Shown: positions 33,381 through 42,805 of the stretch, piece by piece
Numbering within the stretch: the stretch's first letter is position 1
Layout: each line of letters begins with the position of its first letter
From: Verrucomicrobiota bacterium
Lineage (GTDB): Bacteria; Verrucomicrobiota; Kiritimatiellia; CAIQIC01; JAGNIJ01
NCBI GenBank assembly: GCA_018823105.1
Contig: JAHJJH010000240.1
Coordinates: 1 to 53,647, forward strand
DNA: 53,647 bases
Direction: 5' to 3'
Translations under genes and position numbers: made by a program
Notes under the pieces: model-generated
What the model was told of the DNA's origin: nothing
Seen by the model: the letters and a program-made list of their open reading frames with translations, nothing else
The model's database searches: none

Positions 33381-34922
33381 GTGAACACGAATCCATCGAT
33401 CCTGCTCATTTTCCCCAATCCGATTGCCACCATTCCGGGCGGTCTGACCTACGTGGCCAAACGGTTCAAGCAGAACGGATTCGATGTGTCGGTCCTCATC
33501 AACGCCTTCCGCCATTTCCGCAGCATGGACAGCATCATGGATGAGGTTGTCCGCGTGAAGAATCCGGACGTCGTGGGGTTGGCCTTCGCGACGTTCAACG
33601 TTATAGAGGTGTACCGCCTGCAGCAACTTTGCAGGTCCGCCGGCTTCTTCGTGATCGCCGGCGGCAATCATCCCACGATACGGCCCGAGGAATGCCTGCA
33701 GCACGGTGCCGACCTGGTGTTCCGCGGCGAGTCCGAAACGGCCATCGACGAGTTTGCCCGATGGTTCAAAACCGGGCGCGACCCGGCCGCGCGCAAGGAT
33801 CTGGGCGGGATAAGTTATGTCGACGTGGACGGGCGGTTTGCGCACAACCCGAAGCATCCACGCCTGCGCGATCTGGACGCGCTCGGGGACATGGATTTTT
33901 CGGCGATCGATCTGGACGAGTTCCGCGTCGCGGACGGTTCGGTCAAAGGCCTGAACGCCGTCAGCTGCGGGCGGGGCTGTCCCTTTGACTGTTCCTTCTG
34001 CTCGCATCGCGACTGGTACCAGTACGCACACCGGAGCGCCGACAGCATCATCCAGGAGATGGTCACGCGCCACGAGAAATACGGGATCACGAATTTCTGG
34101 ATGTCTGACGAGACGTTCGTGGTCAAGAAGGATCGCGTCCACGACTTCTGCGACAAGCTGCTGGCGCTGAAGGCGCCCTTCACGTGGCTGATGGGCACGC
34201 GGGTCGGCACGGTGGACGAGGCACTGCTGAAGAAGATGAAGCAGGCTGGGCTGGCGCAGATCACCTACGGCGTCGAAAGCGCTCACGATGAGACTCTGAA
34301 TCGGGTTCACAAGGGCTACACGGCCCAGCAGGCGTACGACACGGTGCTGCTGACCGGGCAGGTCGGCGTCCCCATGTACATCAACCTGATGACCGGCTTC
34401 CCATGGGAGACCCCGGAACATTGCGAGGCGAACATCCGTTTCATCCATGCTGTGGACCGATACGTCAACTGCTTCCAACTGTATGGGGCGGTCATCCCGT
34501 ACCCCGATACGTCCATCTACGAGGAGTATCACGAAAAGGAAGGCTTCACCGACTGGTGGCTCAAGGAGCGGTACCAAGACGCCGGCATGGTGATCTACCA
34601 GAACGTCGCGAATCCGTACAAGGTCAGCACGTATTTCCAGCGGAACCTGTACGACGATACCTACGTGGCCGAGGACTATTTCTTCAAGTTCACGCCGGAG
34701 TACAAGAGGGCCGTGGCGCGGATGGGGCTGGTGATCGGCCGCAAGGCGATTGAGGCGGCGAGCAGCAGTCGCTGGCGCAAGCAGTGGCGTTACTCGCTGG
34801 GCGTCCTGTCGCAGCGCCTGTACGCGCTGCACCCGCGGCTGGAGATGAAGGTGGTTGGCTCGCTGAAAAAGGTGAACCGCCTGCACGAGACGCGGCTCAC
34901 GGGGCAGTTTATCAAGAAATGA
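33381..34922 (+). CDS. B12-binding-domain radical SAM enzyme (class B, methyltransferase-like), probable GTG start
   Basis: N-terminal Rossmann-like cobalamin domain (ILLIFPNP...) and CGRGCPFDCSFC (CxxxCxxC). Confidence 0.8.
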   Translation: MNTNPSILLIFPNPIATIPGGLTYVAKRFKQNGFDVSVLINAFRHFRSMDSIMDEVVRVKNPDVVGLAFATFNVIEVYRLQQLCRSAGFFVIAGGNHPTIRPEECLQHGADLVFRGESETAIDEFARWFKTGRDPAARKDLGGISYVDVDGRFAHNPKHPRLRDLDALGDMDFSAIDLDEFRVADGSVKGLNAVSCGRGCPFDCSFCSHRDWYQYAHRSADSIIQEMVTRHEKYGITNFWMSDETFVVKKDRVHDFCDKLLALKAPFTWLMGTRVGTVDEALLKKMKQAGLAQITYGVESAHDETLNRVHKGYTAQQAYDTVLLTGQVGVPMYINLMTGFPWETPEHCEANIRFIHAVDRYVNCFQLYGAVIPYPDTSIYEEYHEKEGFTDWWLKERYQDAGMVIYQNVANPYKVSTYFQRNLYDDTYVAEDYFFKFTPEYKRAVARMGLVIGRKAIEAASSSRWRKQWRYSLGVLSQRLYALHPRLEMKVVGSLKKVNRLHETRLTGQFIKK

Positions 34923-36067
34923 AGCGCGCGATCAGGCCATCTTCGCTGTTGGTGTTATGCCAGGACACGGGCTCCGCGAACGCGCTGGCCGCTTTCCTGG
35001 TGTCTTCGAACAGGGCGAGGGGCGTGTATTTCCTCGTGTGTCGGGAATCCGTGCGGGCCGTTTTCGAACGGCAGAACATCAAACCCAGTAGCGTTTTCCG
35101 GGATGAATTGTCGGTGGCGGAACTCGAAGACCTCCTGGAGCGGCCGAGACCGGCCGTGGTGTTGCTGGGCAGCAGTCTGGACTTGTGGACGGAGCGACGG
35201 TGTTGCGAGCTGGCGCGCGGACGGATTCCCTGCGTGAGCCTGGTGGATTGGTGGAGCAATTTCGGCCGGCGTTTTTCATCGCCGGAGACTCTTGACCTTC
35301 GCTATCTGCCGGATCGTGTGGGCGTCCTGGATGAGGACTCTCGCGCCGGATGCGTGGCTGAAGGCGTGCCGGAAACTGCGTTGACCGTTACGGGGAATCC
35401 TTATTGGGATCGGCTGCTCGGGATTTCGGAGCAGGCGAACTCCGCGGCGCGTGGCCAGGCCCGCGCGCGGTTGGGACTTCCCGAGTCCGCCGCCGTTGCG
35501 CTGCTGGTTTCCAGCGACATACGAAATCTGCCGCTGAGACTTGGATACACGGAGGCCGATTTCTTCTCGGCCCTGGCGCCCTTGCCGCCCCGCGCCGGGG
35601 ATGGCCGCGATGTGGTCTGGCTCGTTAAGCCGCATCCGCGCGAGTCCGTGGAAGACACCCGCCGTCTGATGGCGAGTCATCACATAGACGCCCGCCTCCT
35701 GGCCGATGCGACGGGGGAGGAAGCGGTCGTTGCCGCGGATTACGTGATTGGGATGTGCTCGAGCCTTCTGCTGGAGGCGGCTCTGTTGAAGAAAAGAATC
35801 CTGTCCGTTCAGCCAGGAATGAATCCCGCTTCATTTCGTTATTTCTCCATATTCAAACGGCTTGGCATTCCCACGGTTACGCGGACGGCGGAAGTTCGGC
35901 CCTTGGTCCAGCGACTGGTCTCCGACGAAGGGCCCGTGCCGGATTTGTCGAAGCTGCCGCCGCCCATCGGCGACGGTCGAGCGGCCGCGCGCATCGACGC
36001 GGTGTTGGACGGATTTCACGGTCGCGGACCCGTCGCGAAATCGGCCCTGCTCAAGGAGACGGTATGA
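34919..36067 (+). CDS. Uncharacterised protein, GT-B-like, with a VKPHPRE motif (possible CMP-sugar-dependent transferase)
   Basis: ATGA overlaps at both ends. High GC3. Motifs VGVLDED and WLVKPHPRES. No family was confidently recognised. Confidence 0.5.
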   Translation: MKRAIRPSSLLVLCQDTGSANALAAFLVSSNRARGVYFLVCRESVRAVFERQNIKPSSVFRDELSVAELEDLLERPRPAVVLLGSSLDLWTERRCCELARGRIPCVSLVDWWSNFGRRFSSPETLDLRYLPDRVGVLDEDSRAGCVAEGVPETALTVTGNPYWDRLLGISEQANSAARGQARARLGLPESAAVALLVSSDIRNLPLRLGYTEADFFSALAPLPPRAGDGRDVVWLVKPHPRESVEDTRRLMASHHIDARLLADATGEEAVVAADYVIGMCSSLLLEAALLKKRILSVQPGMNPASFRYFSIFKRLGIPTVTRTAEVRPLVQRLVSDEGPVPDLSKLPPPIGDGRAAARIDAVLDGFHGRGPVAKSALLKETV

Positions 36068-36948
36068 ACCGTCCGAGCTACAAGTTGATTCAAGACCCCG
36101 AATACGGGTTCCTGAGGATCGATCCCGTTCCGACCCGGGAAGAGGTGGACCGCTACTACCGCGAGGAGTTCTATTCCAAGCTAAAAAGTTTTAACGACTC
36201 CGCCCTGGAAGTGCAGTTGGAGGAAAAGGAATTCATGGACAGCCGCTGGGCGGCCATGTGCGACGCGTGCCGCCGCGTGCTGGGTCGTGTGCAGGGCCTT
36301 TCGGTTCTCGATGTTGGCTGCGGGTTTGCGCAAGCGCTCCTCTATTTCCGGGAGCAGGGGATGGAGGCCAGCGGTTTGGAGCCGGCTCCCGAGGGCGTGG
36401 CGTATGCCCGCGCGAAAGGCGTGGAGGTTTTCGAGGCCGACATCGAGGATTTCGACTGCGTCGGTGGGCGTCGTTTTGACGTCGTGACCCTGATCAATGT
36501 GCTCGAGCATTTGCGGCAGCCTGCGGAAACGCTTCGGCAGATCAGGGACAAGCTGCTGAATCGCGGCGGGCTGCTGATCCTGGACGTGGCGAACGAGTTC
36601 AACGATTTCCAGACGACGGCCGACGCGGAGTATCGTCTGAACCAGTGGTGGTTGTGCCCGCCGAACCACATCAACTATTTTTCCGTCACGAGCCTGTGCC
36701 GCCTGCTGGAACGGTGCGGCTTCAACGTCGTGCACAAGGAAGCGTCTTTTCCCGTGGAGTTGTTCATGCTCCTGGGCGACGTGTACGTCAGGCATCCAGC
36801 GCTGGGACGCGATTGCCACAAGAAGCGGGTCCAATTCGAGCGGCTGATGCGGAAGCACGGAAAGGCGGACAAGTTGTCGCGGTTCTACCAGGCGCTGGCG
36901 GAACTGGACTTGGGGCGACAGGTGGTGGTTGGCGCGACCCCGCGCTGA
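36064..36948 (+). CDS. Class I SAM-dependent methyltransferase
   Basis: VLDVGCGFAQ (motif I) and FDVVTLINVLEHL. ATGA overlap with the upstream gene. Confidence 0.8.
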   Translation: MNRPSYKLIQDPEYGFLRIDPVPTREEVDRYYREEFYSKLKSFNDSALEVQLEEKEFMDSRWAAMCDACRRVLGRVQGLSVLDVGCGFAQALLYFREQGMEASGLEPAPEGVAYARAKGVEVFEADIEDFDCVGGRRFDVVTLINVLEHLRQPAETLRQIRDKLLNRGGLLILDVANEFNDFQTTADAEYRLNQWWLCPPNHINYFSVTSLCRLLERCGFNVVHKEASFPVELFMLLGDVYVRHPALGRDCHKKRVQFERLMRKHGKADKLSRFYQALAELDLGRQVVVGATPR

Positions 36949-36979
36949 TGAAAGACGCAAGGGTCGCTATGGAGATCTT

Positions 36980-38050
36980 ATGGAATTGATTGCATTATCC
37001 CGTTTTACCGGCGACGAGACCGAGGGAAGAATTCCGCCATTTTCGGAGCTTCGGACCATGCGGCCGCTGGAACTGACGCAGTACCTGGAAATCTATGACA
37101 CGCTGGAGAACCGCGCGTACCTGTCGCAGTTGCTCGAGTCCGGAACGACCGTCGCTCCGGTGCGACGCCAGCCTCCGTCGCCCAAGTTCCTCAACCGGGG
37201 AGAATTTCCGCGTCGGATTGCGTTCGAAATGACGAGCCGGTGTAATTTCCTCTGCCGCATGTGCCCGCAGCAGAACCTGACGCGGCCGCGCATGGATATG
37301 CCCGGCACGCTGTACCGGAAGGTGATCGACGAGATTGACCGCTACGGCATTGAAGGGCTCTGGATGTATCACTTGGGCGAATCCCTCCTGCACCCGGAGT
37401 TCCGCGAAAACGTGGAGCACATTTCCAGCAAGAAAAACCTGGGCATCATCTGGATGAGCACGAACGGCCGCTATTTCACCGAGGAGTATATCCGGCTGGT
37501 CCTGCGGTCGAACATCACCTACATCAATTTTTCGGTGCACGCCGTCACCGAGGACACGTACGGAACCGTCGCGCCCCGCGAGAATTTCGCCACCGTGCAG
37601 GACAACCTGGCCGCGCTGTATCGGCTCAAGCAGGCGTCGGGTAAGTCCGGAACTCCCTTTCTCCGATGCCAGATGATCGAGCAGGAGACGACCCGACACG
37701 AGGTGGACCCGTTCATTCGCGACCATGTACGAAGGGCTGACCTAGTCAGCATCAACATGCTCGAATACGTCAATCTTCCAAACAATGCCTACGGCATGAA
37801 ACAGCGCGCGCGGAGACCGCTGACGAATTGCCTGCGCGTCACGCGGAACGATTGCTTCATTTGTTCCAATGGGACGGTGACGTTGTGCGACGCGGCCTAC
37901 AACGGCGAGATCTTCCTCGGCAATGTGGAAACGGAATCGCTGTTTGACATCTGGAATGGCAAAAAGCGAAAAGCCATCATGGACCTTAATGCCCGGGGCC
38001 GCATGAGCGAGATCCCGTTCTGTTGTCAGTGCACGGACTACGATATCTGA
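36980..38050 (+). CDS. Radical SAM enzyme with a C-terminal Cys-rich SPASM-like domain
   Basis: TSRCNFLCRMCPQ (CxxxCxxC). C-terminal CLRVTRNDCFICSNGTVTLCD and CCQCTDYD. Confidence 0.8.
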   Translation: MELIALSRFTGDETEGRIPPFSELRTMRPLELTQYLEIYDTLENRAYLSQLLESGTTVAPVRRQPPSPKFLNRGEFPRRIAFEMTSRCNFLCRMCPQQNLTRPRMDMPGTLYRKVIDEIDRYGIEGLWMYHLGESLLHPEFRENVEHISSKKNLGIIWMSTNGRYFTEEYIRLVLRSNITYINFSVHAVTEDTYGTVAPRENFATVQDNLAALYRLKQASGKSGTPFLRCQMIEQETTRHEVDPFIRDHVRRADLVSINMLEYVNLPNNAYGMKQRARRPLTNCLRVTRNDCFICSNGTVTLCDAAYNGEIFLGNVETESLFDIWNGKKRKAIMDLNARGRMSEIPFCCQCTDYDI

Positions 38051-38565
38051 TGTCGACTCAACCGCTCCAGGTTGCGTTGGTTCCCTTTTCGAAGGATCAT
38101 GTTGCACAGACCTTCAGATGGGTCAGCGATCCTGATCTGCGCCGCACGTTTCTAATCCGCGGCGTGCCGACCTGGGAGGGTCACCTGGCCTATTCCGACC
38201 GGGTGCTCGCGGATTCGAGCCAGAAGGTTTTCGCGATCCTTGCCGCGGGACAGCACGTCGGCAACTGCGGGTTCAAACATCTCGAACCCGCGGCGAAGCG
38301 CGGAGAACAGTGGTTGTACGTCGGCGACCGTTCCTGGCGTGGCCGCGGGGTCGGCAAGGCCGCAGCGGAAGTCCTTTTGCAGGAGGGATTCCAAGCCCTG
38401 GGCCTTGAGCTCATCTACCTGCACGTGGCCGATTTCAATGAGCCGGCGCGAAGGCTGTATGAGCGGCTGGGATTCGTCGAAGTGCCGCTTCAGGATCCGT
38501 CGGGCGAATGGCAAATCCGCGGCTTTCGGATGATCCGTATGGAATTGAGGAAGCCGCGATTATGA
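38050..38565 (+). CDS. pseH: GNAT N-acetyltransferase, PseH-like
   Basis: FRWVSDPDLRRTF and WRGRGVGKAA (acetyl-CoA loop). Located between radical SAM genes and pseI. The function call is by context. Confidence 0.65.
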   Translation: MSTQPLQVALVPFSKDHVAQTFRWVSDPDLRRTFLIRGVPTWEGHLAYSDRVLADSSQKVFAILAAGQHVGNCGFKHLEPAAKRGEQWLYVGDRSWRGRGVGKAAAEVLLQEGFQALGLELIYLHVADFNEPARRLYERLGFVEVPLQDPSGEWQIRGFRMIRMELRKPRL

Positions 38566-39338
38566 AGGTCGCGATGATGCAGCCCGCGTTCCTGCCGTGG
38601 CAGGGATTCTTCGAGCTTATTGCCAAGGCAGATCGTTTTGTCTTTCTGGACGATTTCCAGTTCTCCGTTCAAAGCTACCACCAACGCAACCGCCTGTTCG
38701 TGAATCCCGGCAAGGCGGATTGGTACACAGTGCCGATCCGGAAAAGCCTGTCCTTCGGCGAACCGCTGAATCTCACGCAGGTCGCCGAGGACGGCTCGTG
38801 GCGGATGAAAATGTGGAAACGAATCCGGATGAACTACGCCAAGGCGCCGCATTTCGGTGAACTGTCCGGGCCGCTGCAAAACTGGCTGCTGCACCCGTGG
38901 GGGACACTGGCGGCCCAGAACATGGAATTCATCCGATGGGTGTGCGGGTTGCTCCGCTTGGCGCCGGAATTCCGCCTTAGTTCGTCTTTCCCCTGCACGG
39001 CGCAGCGCTCGGCCCGCGTGCGGGAAATCCTTCAATGGTGCGAGGGTCAGGTCTACTTCTCCGCGCGCGGTTCCTTCGAGTACATGTTGGCGGACGGCGT
39101 CTTCCCGATGGAGGGGATGGAGGCGCGCTTCCAGGATTTCCAGCCGAAACCATACCCGCAAGTGGGCAGCCCCGATTCATTCGTGCCGTGCTTGGCGATT
39201 CTCGATGCCCTGCTGAACGTGGGGCCCGAGGCGACGCGGCAACTGGTCGTCGGCGGGACTTCGCACTGGTGGTCGTGGGAGGAGATGAAGGCTGTGCGTG
39301 CCGGACGCGAGGGGATAGAGGAGCCGTCGGAGCAATGA
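38562..39338 (+). CDS. WbqC-family protein (uncharacterised glycan-cluster family)
   Basis: MQPAFLPWQGFFELI is the characteristic N-terminus. ATGA overlaps at both ends. Confidence 0.8.
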   Translation: MKVAMMQPAFLPWQGFFELIAKADRFVFLDDFQFSVQSYHQRNRLFVNPGKADWYTVPIRKSLSFGEPLNLTQVAEDGSWRMKMWKRIRMNYAKAPHFGELSGPLQNWLLHPWGTLAAQNMEFIRWVCGLLRLAPEFRLSSSFPCTAQRSARVREILQWCEGQVYFSARGSFEYMLADGVFPMEGMEARFQDFQPKPYPQVGSPDSFVPCLAILDALLNVGPEATRQLVVGGTSHWWSWEEMKAVRAGREGIEEPSEQ

Positions 39339-40372
39339 AAATAGGCTGCAGAAAAATCGGGGCGGGCGAGCCGGTGTGTGTAGTTGCCGAGCTTTCCGCG
39401 AATCACAACCAGCATTTCGACGAGGCGGTCCGCCTCATCCACGCCGCGAAGGATGCGGGGGCAGATGCCGTCAAGCTGCAGACCTATACGGCCGACACGA
39501 TCACGCTCGATTGCCGCAACGAGTATTTTCAGATCAAGGGGACGTTGTGGGCCGGGAGAAATCTTCATGACCTGTACAAGGAAGCCTTCACGCCGTGGGA
39601 CTGGCAGCCCAAGCTGAAAAAGGAGGCCGACGCCCTGGGGCTGCCGCTCTTCTCGACGCCCTTCGACCGTTCGGCCGTAGATTTCCTCGAGCAGATGAAC
39701 GTGCCGGCCTACAAGGTGGCCTCGCTTGAAATTGTCGATATTCCACTGATCCAATATATAGCGCGTCTCGGGAAGCCCGTATTGCTCTCGACGGGCGCTT
39801 CCGCACTGAAAGAGATCGAGGAGGCGGTGGCGGCGATCCGCGCGGAGGGTAACGATCAGATCGCCCTGTTAAAGTGTACCAGCGCCTATCCCGCGCCGCC
39901 GGACGAAATGAATCTGCGCACCATCCCCGACCTTGCGGAACATTTTAACGTGCCGGTGGGATTGTCGGATCATACGTTGGGCATCGCCGCGGCGGTGGCG
40001 TCCGTGGCCCTGGGCGCATGCGTCATTGAAAAGCATTTCACACTACGAAGAGCCAACGGCGGGCCGGACAGCGCATTTTCCCTCGAGCCGCATGAGTTCA
40101 AGGCCATGGTTGTGGCCGTGCGCGAGGCGCAGCAGGCTCTGGGCGCTGTTTCGTACGAGGTGTCAGAGCACGAAAAGGCCAGCCGGGTTTATCGACGGTC
40201 GCTGTTTGTTGTGGAGGACGTCAAGACAGGCGCGCGGTTTACGGAGCAAAACGTCCGCTCCATCCGGCCCGGCTACGGCCTGCCGCCGAAACACCTGGGC
40301 GATGTACTCGGGAAAAAGGCCACGCGAGACATCGAGCGCGGGACCCCGCTGAAGTGGGAACTCGTCGAGTAA
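39335..40372 (+). CDS. pseI: Pseudaminic acid synthase (NeuB family with a C-terminal SAF domain)
   Basis: VVAELSANHNQ, KLQTYTADT, GLSDHTLG and the SAF-type tail VRSIRPGYGLPPKHL. Confidence 0.9.
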   Translation: MKIGCRKIGAGEPVCVVAELSANHNQHFDEAVRLIHAAKDAGADAVKLQTYTADTITLDCRNEYFQIKGTLWAGRNLHDLYKEAFTPWDWQPKLKKEADALGLPLFSTPFDRSAVDFLEQMNVPAYKVASLEIVDIPLIQYIARLGKPVLLSTGASALKEIEEAVAAIRAEGNDQIALLKCTSAYPAPPDEMNLRTIPDLAEHFNVPVGLSDHTLGIAAAVASVALGACVIEKHFTLRRANGGPDSAFSLEPHEFKAMVVAVREAQQALGAVSYEVSEHEKASRVYRRSLFVVEDVKTGARFTEQNVRSIRPGYGLPPKHLGDVLGKKATRDIERGTPLKWELVE

Positions 40373-40510
40373 CCCAGATCATGCTGCCGCCTGTGTCAGC
40401 CGGGGGCTCCTATATTGGTCAATACGGCGAGATGGTCATATGCCCTGCGTATGTCTCGGCCTTTGAAATGGCGGGCTGAATCACTCCGCTTGCGAAACCC
40501 TGAAGCGGGT

Positions 40511-42805
40511 ATGAATACGCAGACCGAAACAACCTTAATATTCATCGCCAATCGCTACCAGTGGAGGGCTGCCCAGGAGGCCGGGTTGCCGGGTCCCAAG
40601 GACATCATGGTCACGGCCAGCTCGGATATCTACTTCGCGTGCCGGTTGGAGGGCCGGTCCTGCCTGTCGCTCTGGGATTACTTGCCGCCGGAAGAATCGG
40701 TCCAGCATGAAAACTGGGCTTGGGATTTGTGCGATCGGATCGGGGAGGGCTTCCGAGACGCGTCAGATTCGGAAGACAGCGATCTAGCGCGGGTGATATG
40801 CTATGATGGTTTTCATCCGCTGGTCGCTGCGCTTAACCTGTCCCTGTGCATTTCCCGGGTGCTGACGGCCAAACAGCCTGGTCGGGTAAGGCATTTCGCG
40901 GAAAGGCAGCAGATGTTCTGCTTGGATGGGGGTACCAGGCCAGCGCCCGATGTTTTTAACCTGCTGGTTGCCTTGCTTGCCGGGCGGCGCGGTATCCCGG
41001 TTGAGACGCTGGCGCTCTCCGAATCCGTCCGGACGGCGATTCGAATAGACTCCGCTTCACCCCTGCAGGGCAGGTATTGTAACAAGGCGGAGTTTCCCCG
41101 CGATCCTGTCCGTGCCATCGCGTTTACGCAGAGCGTGTTTTATGCAGAGCAGGAACTGCTTATTGAATCGCTTTGTCGGGATTGGGGTGGCCACGTCTTG
41201 ACGGTCATGCCGGACCCGACCAACTTGGACGGCCCATATCTTTCGTGGACGCACCTGCGCCGGTTACCAGTGGATCCGCCAGGCTCGCCGGACGAGAAGC
41301 AGGCGCGGCAAGTTCTTGCGCGCGCTTTAGCCGATCTTGGGCTGCCTGAATACGCCGCGGTGCTTGGCAGTCCTGAATATGCCTCATTTTTTCTGCGAGG
41401 CTGGAGGGAATGGCTGGCGGCAGCGGCGATTGAAAGGGGCATTGCCCGGTTGTGTGCCCTGGCCTATCGTCCGGCGTACGTCCTGTTGCCCTACGACGTG
41501 GAAGGCGTCGTGCGAAGTATGGCGGGAGTGTGGAAGGCCTGCGGCGTGCCGGCTCTTTCGGTGGACCATGTCGGCCTTACCGTACAGGATATGGAGCGGC
41601 GGAACATAGGCGCGAGCAGCCATGCCGCCGTTTGGGGCCGGTACGACGCGGCGGCCCACCGGCGCTGGCGCGATCCCGCTGCGCGCATATTCGAAACCGG
41701 CAGCATGCGCCGCGACCTGGGAGAAGCCGCGGAGTTGGGGCAGCGACGTTGCACGCTGAAGTCCGCCCGTACGTTGAGGTCGACCGTTCTGGTGATCACG
41801 GCGGAATATGGCTCCGATCTTATGGCGTACGGGGGAATAGCCGGGACGGAGGAGGTCCTGTCTTGGTGGGAAGGTCTGTGCGCCCTTTCGGTTCGACAAA
41901 CCGGATGGGACTGGCGGCTCAAGATGCATCCCCGCTTTGACCGCGCGGTGTTTTACCGGTATGTGCTGTCGGCGCAATCGCATCGGTTGGAACAGGTGTC
42001 TGGTGAACTTGTCGCCGCCTTGGAAACCGCGGACGTCATGCTTCTCATGGTCAACCCCTCGACCAGCGCCGCGCACGCCATCTTGGCAGGAGTTCCGGTG
42101 GTGTACTTCAAGCCAGCCTCCACGCCCGAATCCTGGGCTTCCCCGCTGGAGAAAGGCGGGGCGTCGGTTGTTTCGGATTTTGCCGGGCTGGAATCGGAAT
42201 TGAAGCGCCTGTTCGGCGACGCGGTTTATCGACAGCAGGTCGTGGTGACACAGCGCGCATTTCTGGACCGCGCCCTGGTGGCGGTCGGCGAAGCGTCCGT
42301 GGAGAAGGCGCGTGGTGCGTTGGACGAGTTGATTCGGAGCAGAGCTGCCGCGAAAGGACCGGACGCTGCCGCCCGTTGGCTGCTGGATCTGCTCATGATC
42401 GTAGATTATGGAATGCGCGGCGCTTTGGGCTGGCCCGCCTTCAGGGATCGGTTGCGCGAACTGGGTCGACGGGGAAAAAAGCTGACCTTTGAACATCTGC
42501 CCGGGATCCAGACTGCCGACCTGGCCGACATGTTAATGAACATCACCTTGGTGGCGATCTGGTGGCGGCCGGAGCAGGAGCGGCGCATCGGTAAGAACCG
42601 GCCCTGGCTGGGACGGATCTTGTGGCGCGTTTATCGCGCCCTGCCGGACTCGATCCGCCCGCTCCCCATCTGGCTTCTTCCCTACTTGAGGCGGACCCTG
42701 GAGGAGGAGCCGCTTTTCAATACGGACTCCCGGTTCTGGCGGTGGATCGGATCCCGGAACCCCACCGTCTCGCGGGGGCCGCCAATCCCCGATAGACAGA
42801 TGTGA
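40511..42805 (+). CDS. Large (765 aa) uncharacterised protein. The central region is GT-B-like with an LKMHPRFD motif. The start is uncertain.
   Basis: Long ORF with high GC3, coupled at its stop to the downstream radical SAM (GTGATGA). No family was confidently recognised. Confidence 0.6.
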   Translation: MNTQTETTLIFIANRYQWRAAQEAGLPGPKDIMVTASSDIYFACRLEGRSCLSLWDYLPPEESVQHENWAWDLCDRIGEGFRDASDSEDSDLARVICYDGFHPLVAALNLSLCISRVLTAKQPGRVRHFAERQQMFCLDGGTRPAPDVFNLLVALLAGRRGIPVETLALSESVRTAIRIDSASPLQGRYCNKAEFPRDPVRAIAFTQSVFYAEQELLIESLCRDWGGHVLTVMPDPTNLDGPYLSWTHLRRLPVDPPGSPDEKQARQVLARALADLGLPEYAAVLGSPEYASFFLRGWREWLAAAAIERGIARLCALAYRPAYVLLPYDVEGVVRSMAGVWKACGVPALSVDHVGLTVQDMERRNIGASSHAAVWGRYDAAAHRRWRDPAARIFETGSMRRDLGEAAELGQRRCTLKSARTLRSTVLVITAEYGSDLMAYGGIAGTEEVLSWWEGLCALSVRQTGWDWRLKMHPRFDRAVFYRYVLSAQSHRLEQVSGELVAALETADVMLLMVNPSTSAAHAILAGVPVVYFKPASTPESWASPLEKGGASVVSDFAGLESELKRLFGDAVYRQQVVVTQRAFLDRALVAVGEASVEKARGALDELIRSRAAAKGPDAAARWLLDLLMIVDYGMRGALGWPAFRDRLRELGRRGKKLTFEHLPGIQTADLADMLMNITLVAIWWRPEQERRIGKNRPWLGRILWRVYRALPDSIRPLPIWLLPYLRRTLEEEPLFNTDSRFWRWIGSRNPTVSRGPPIPDRQM

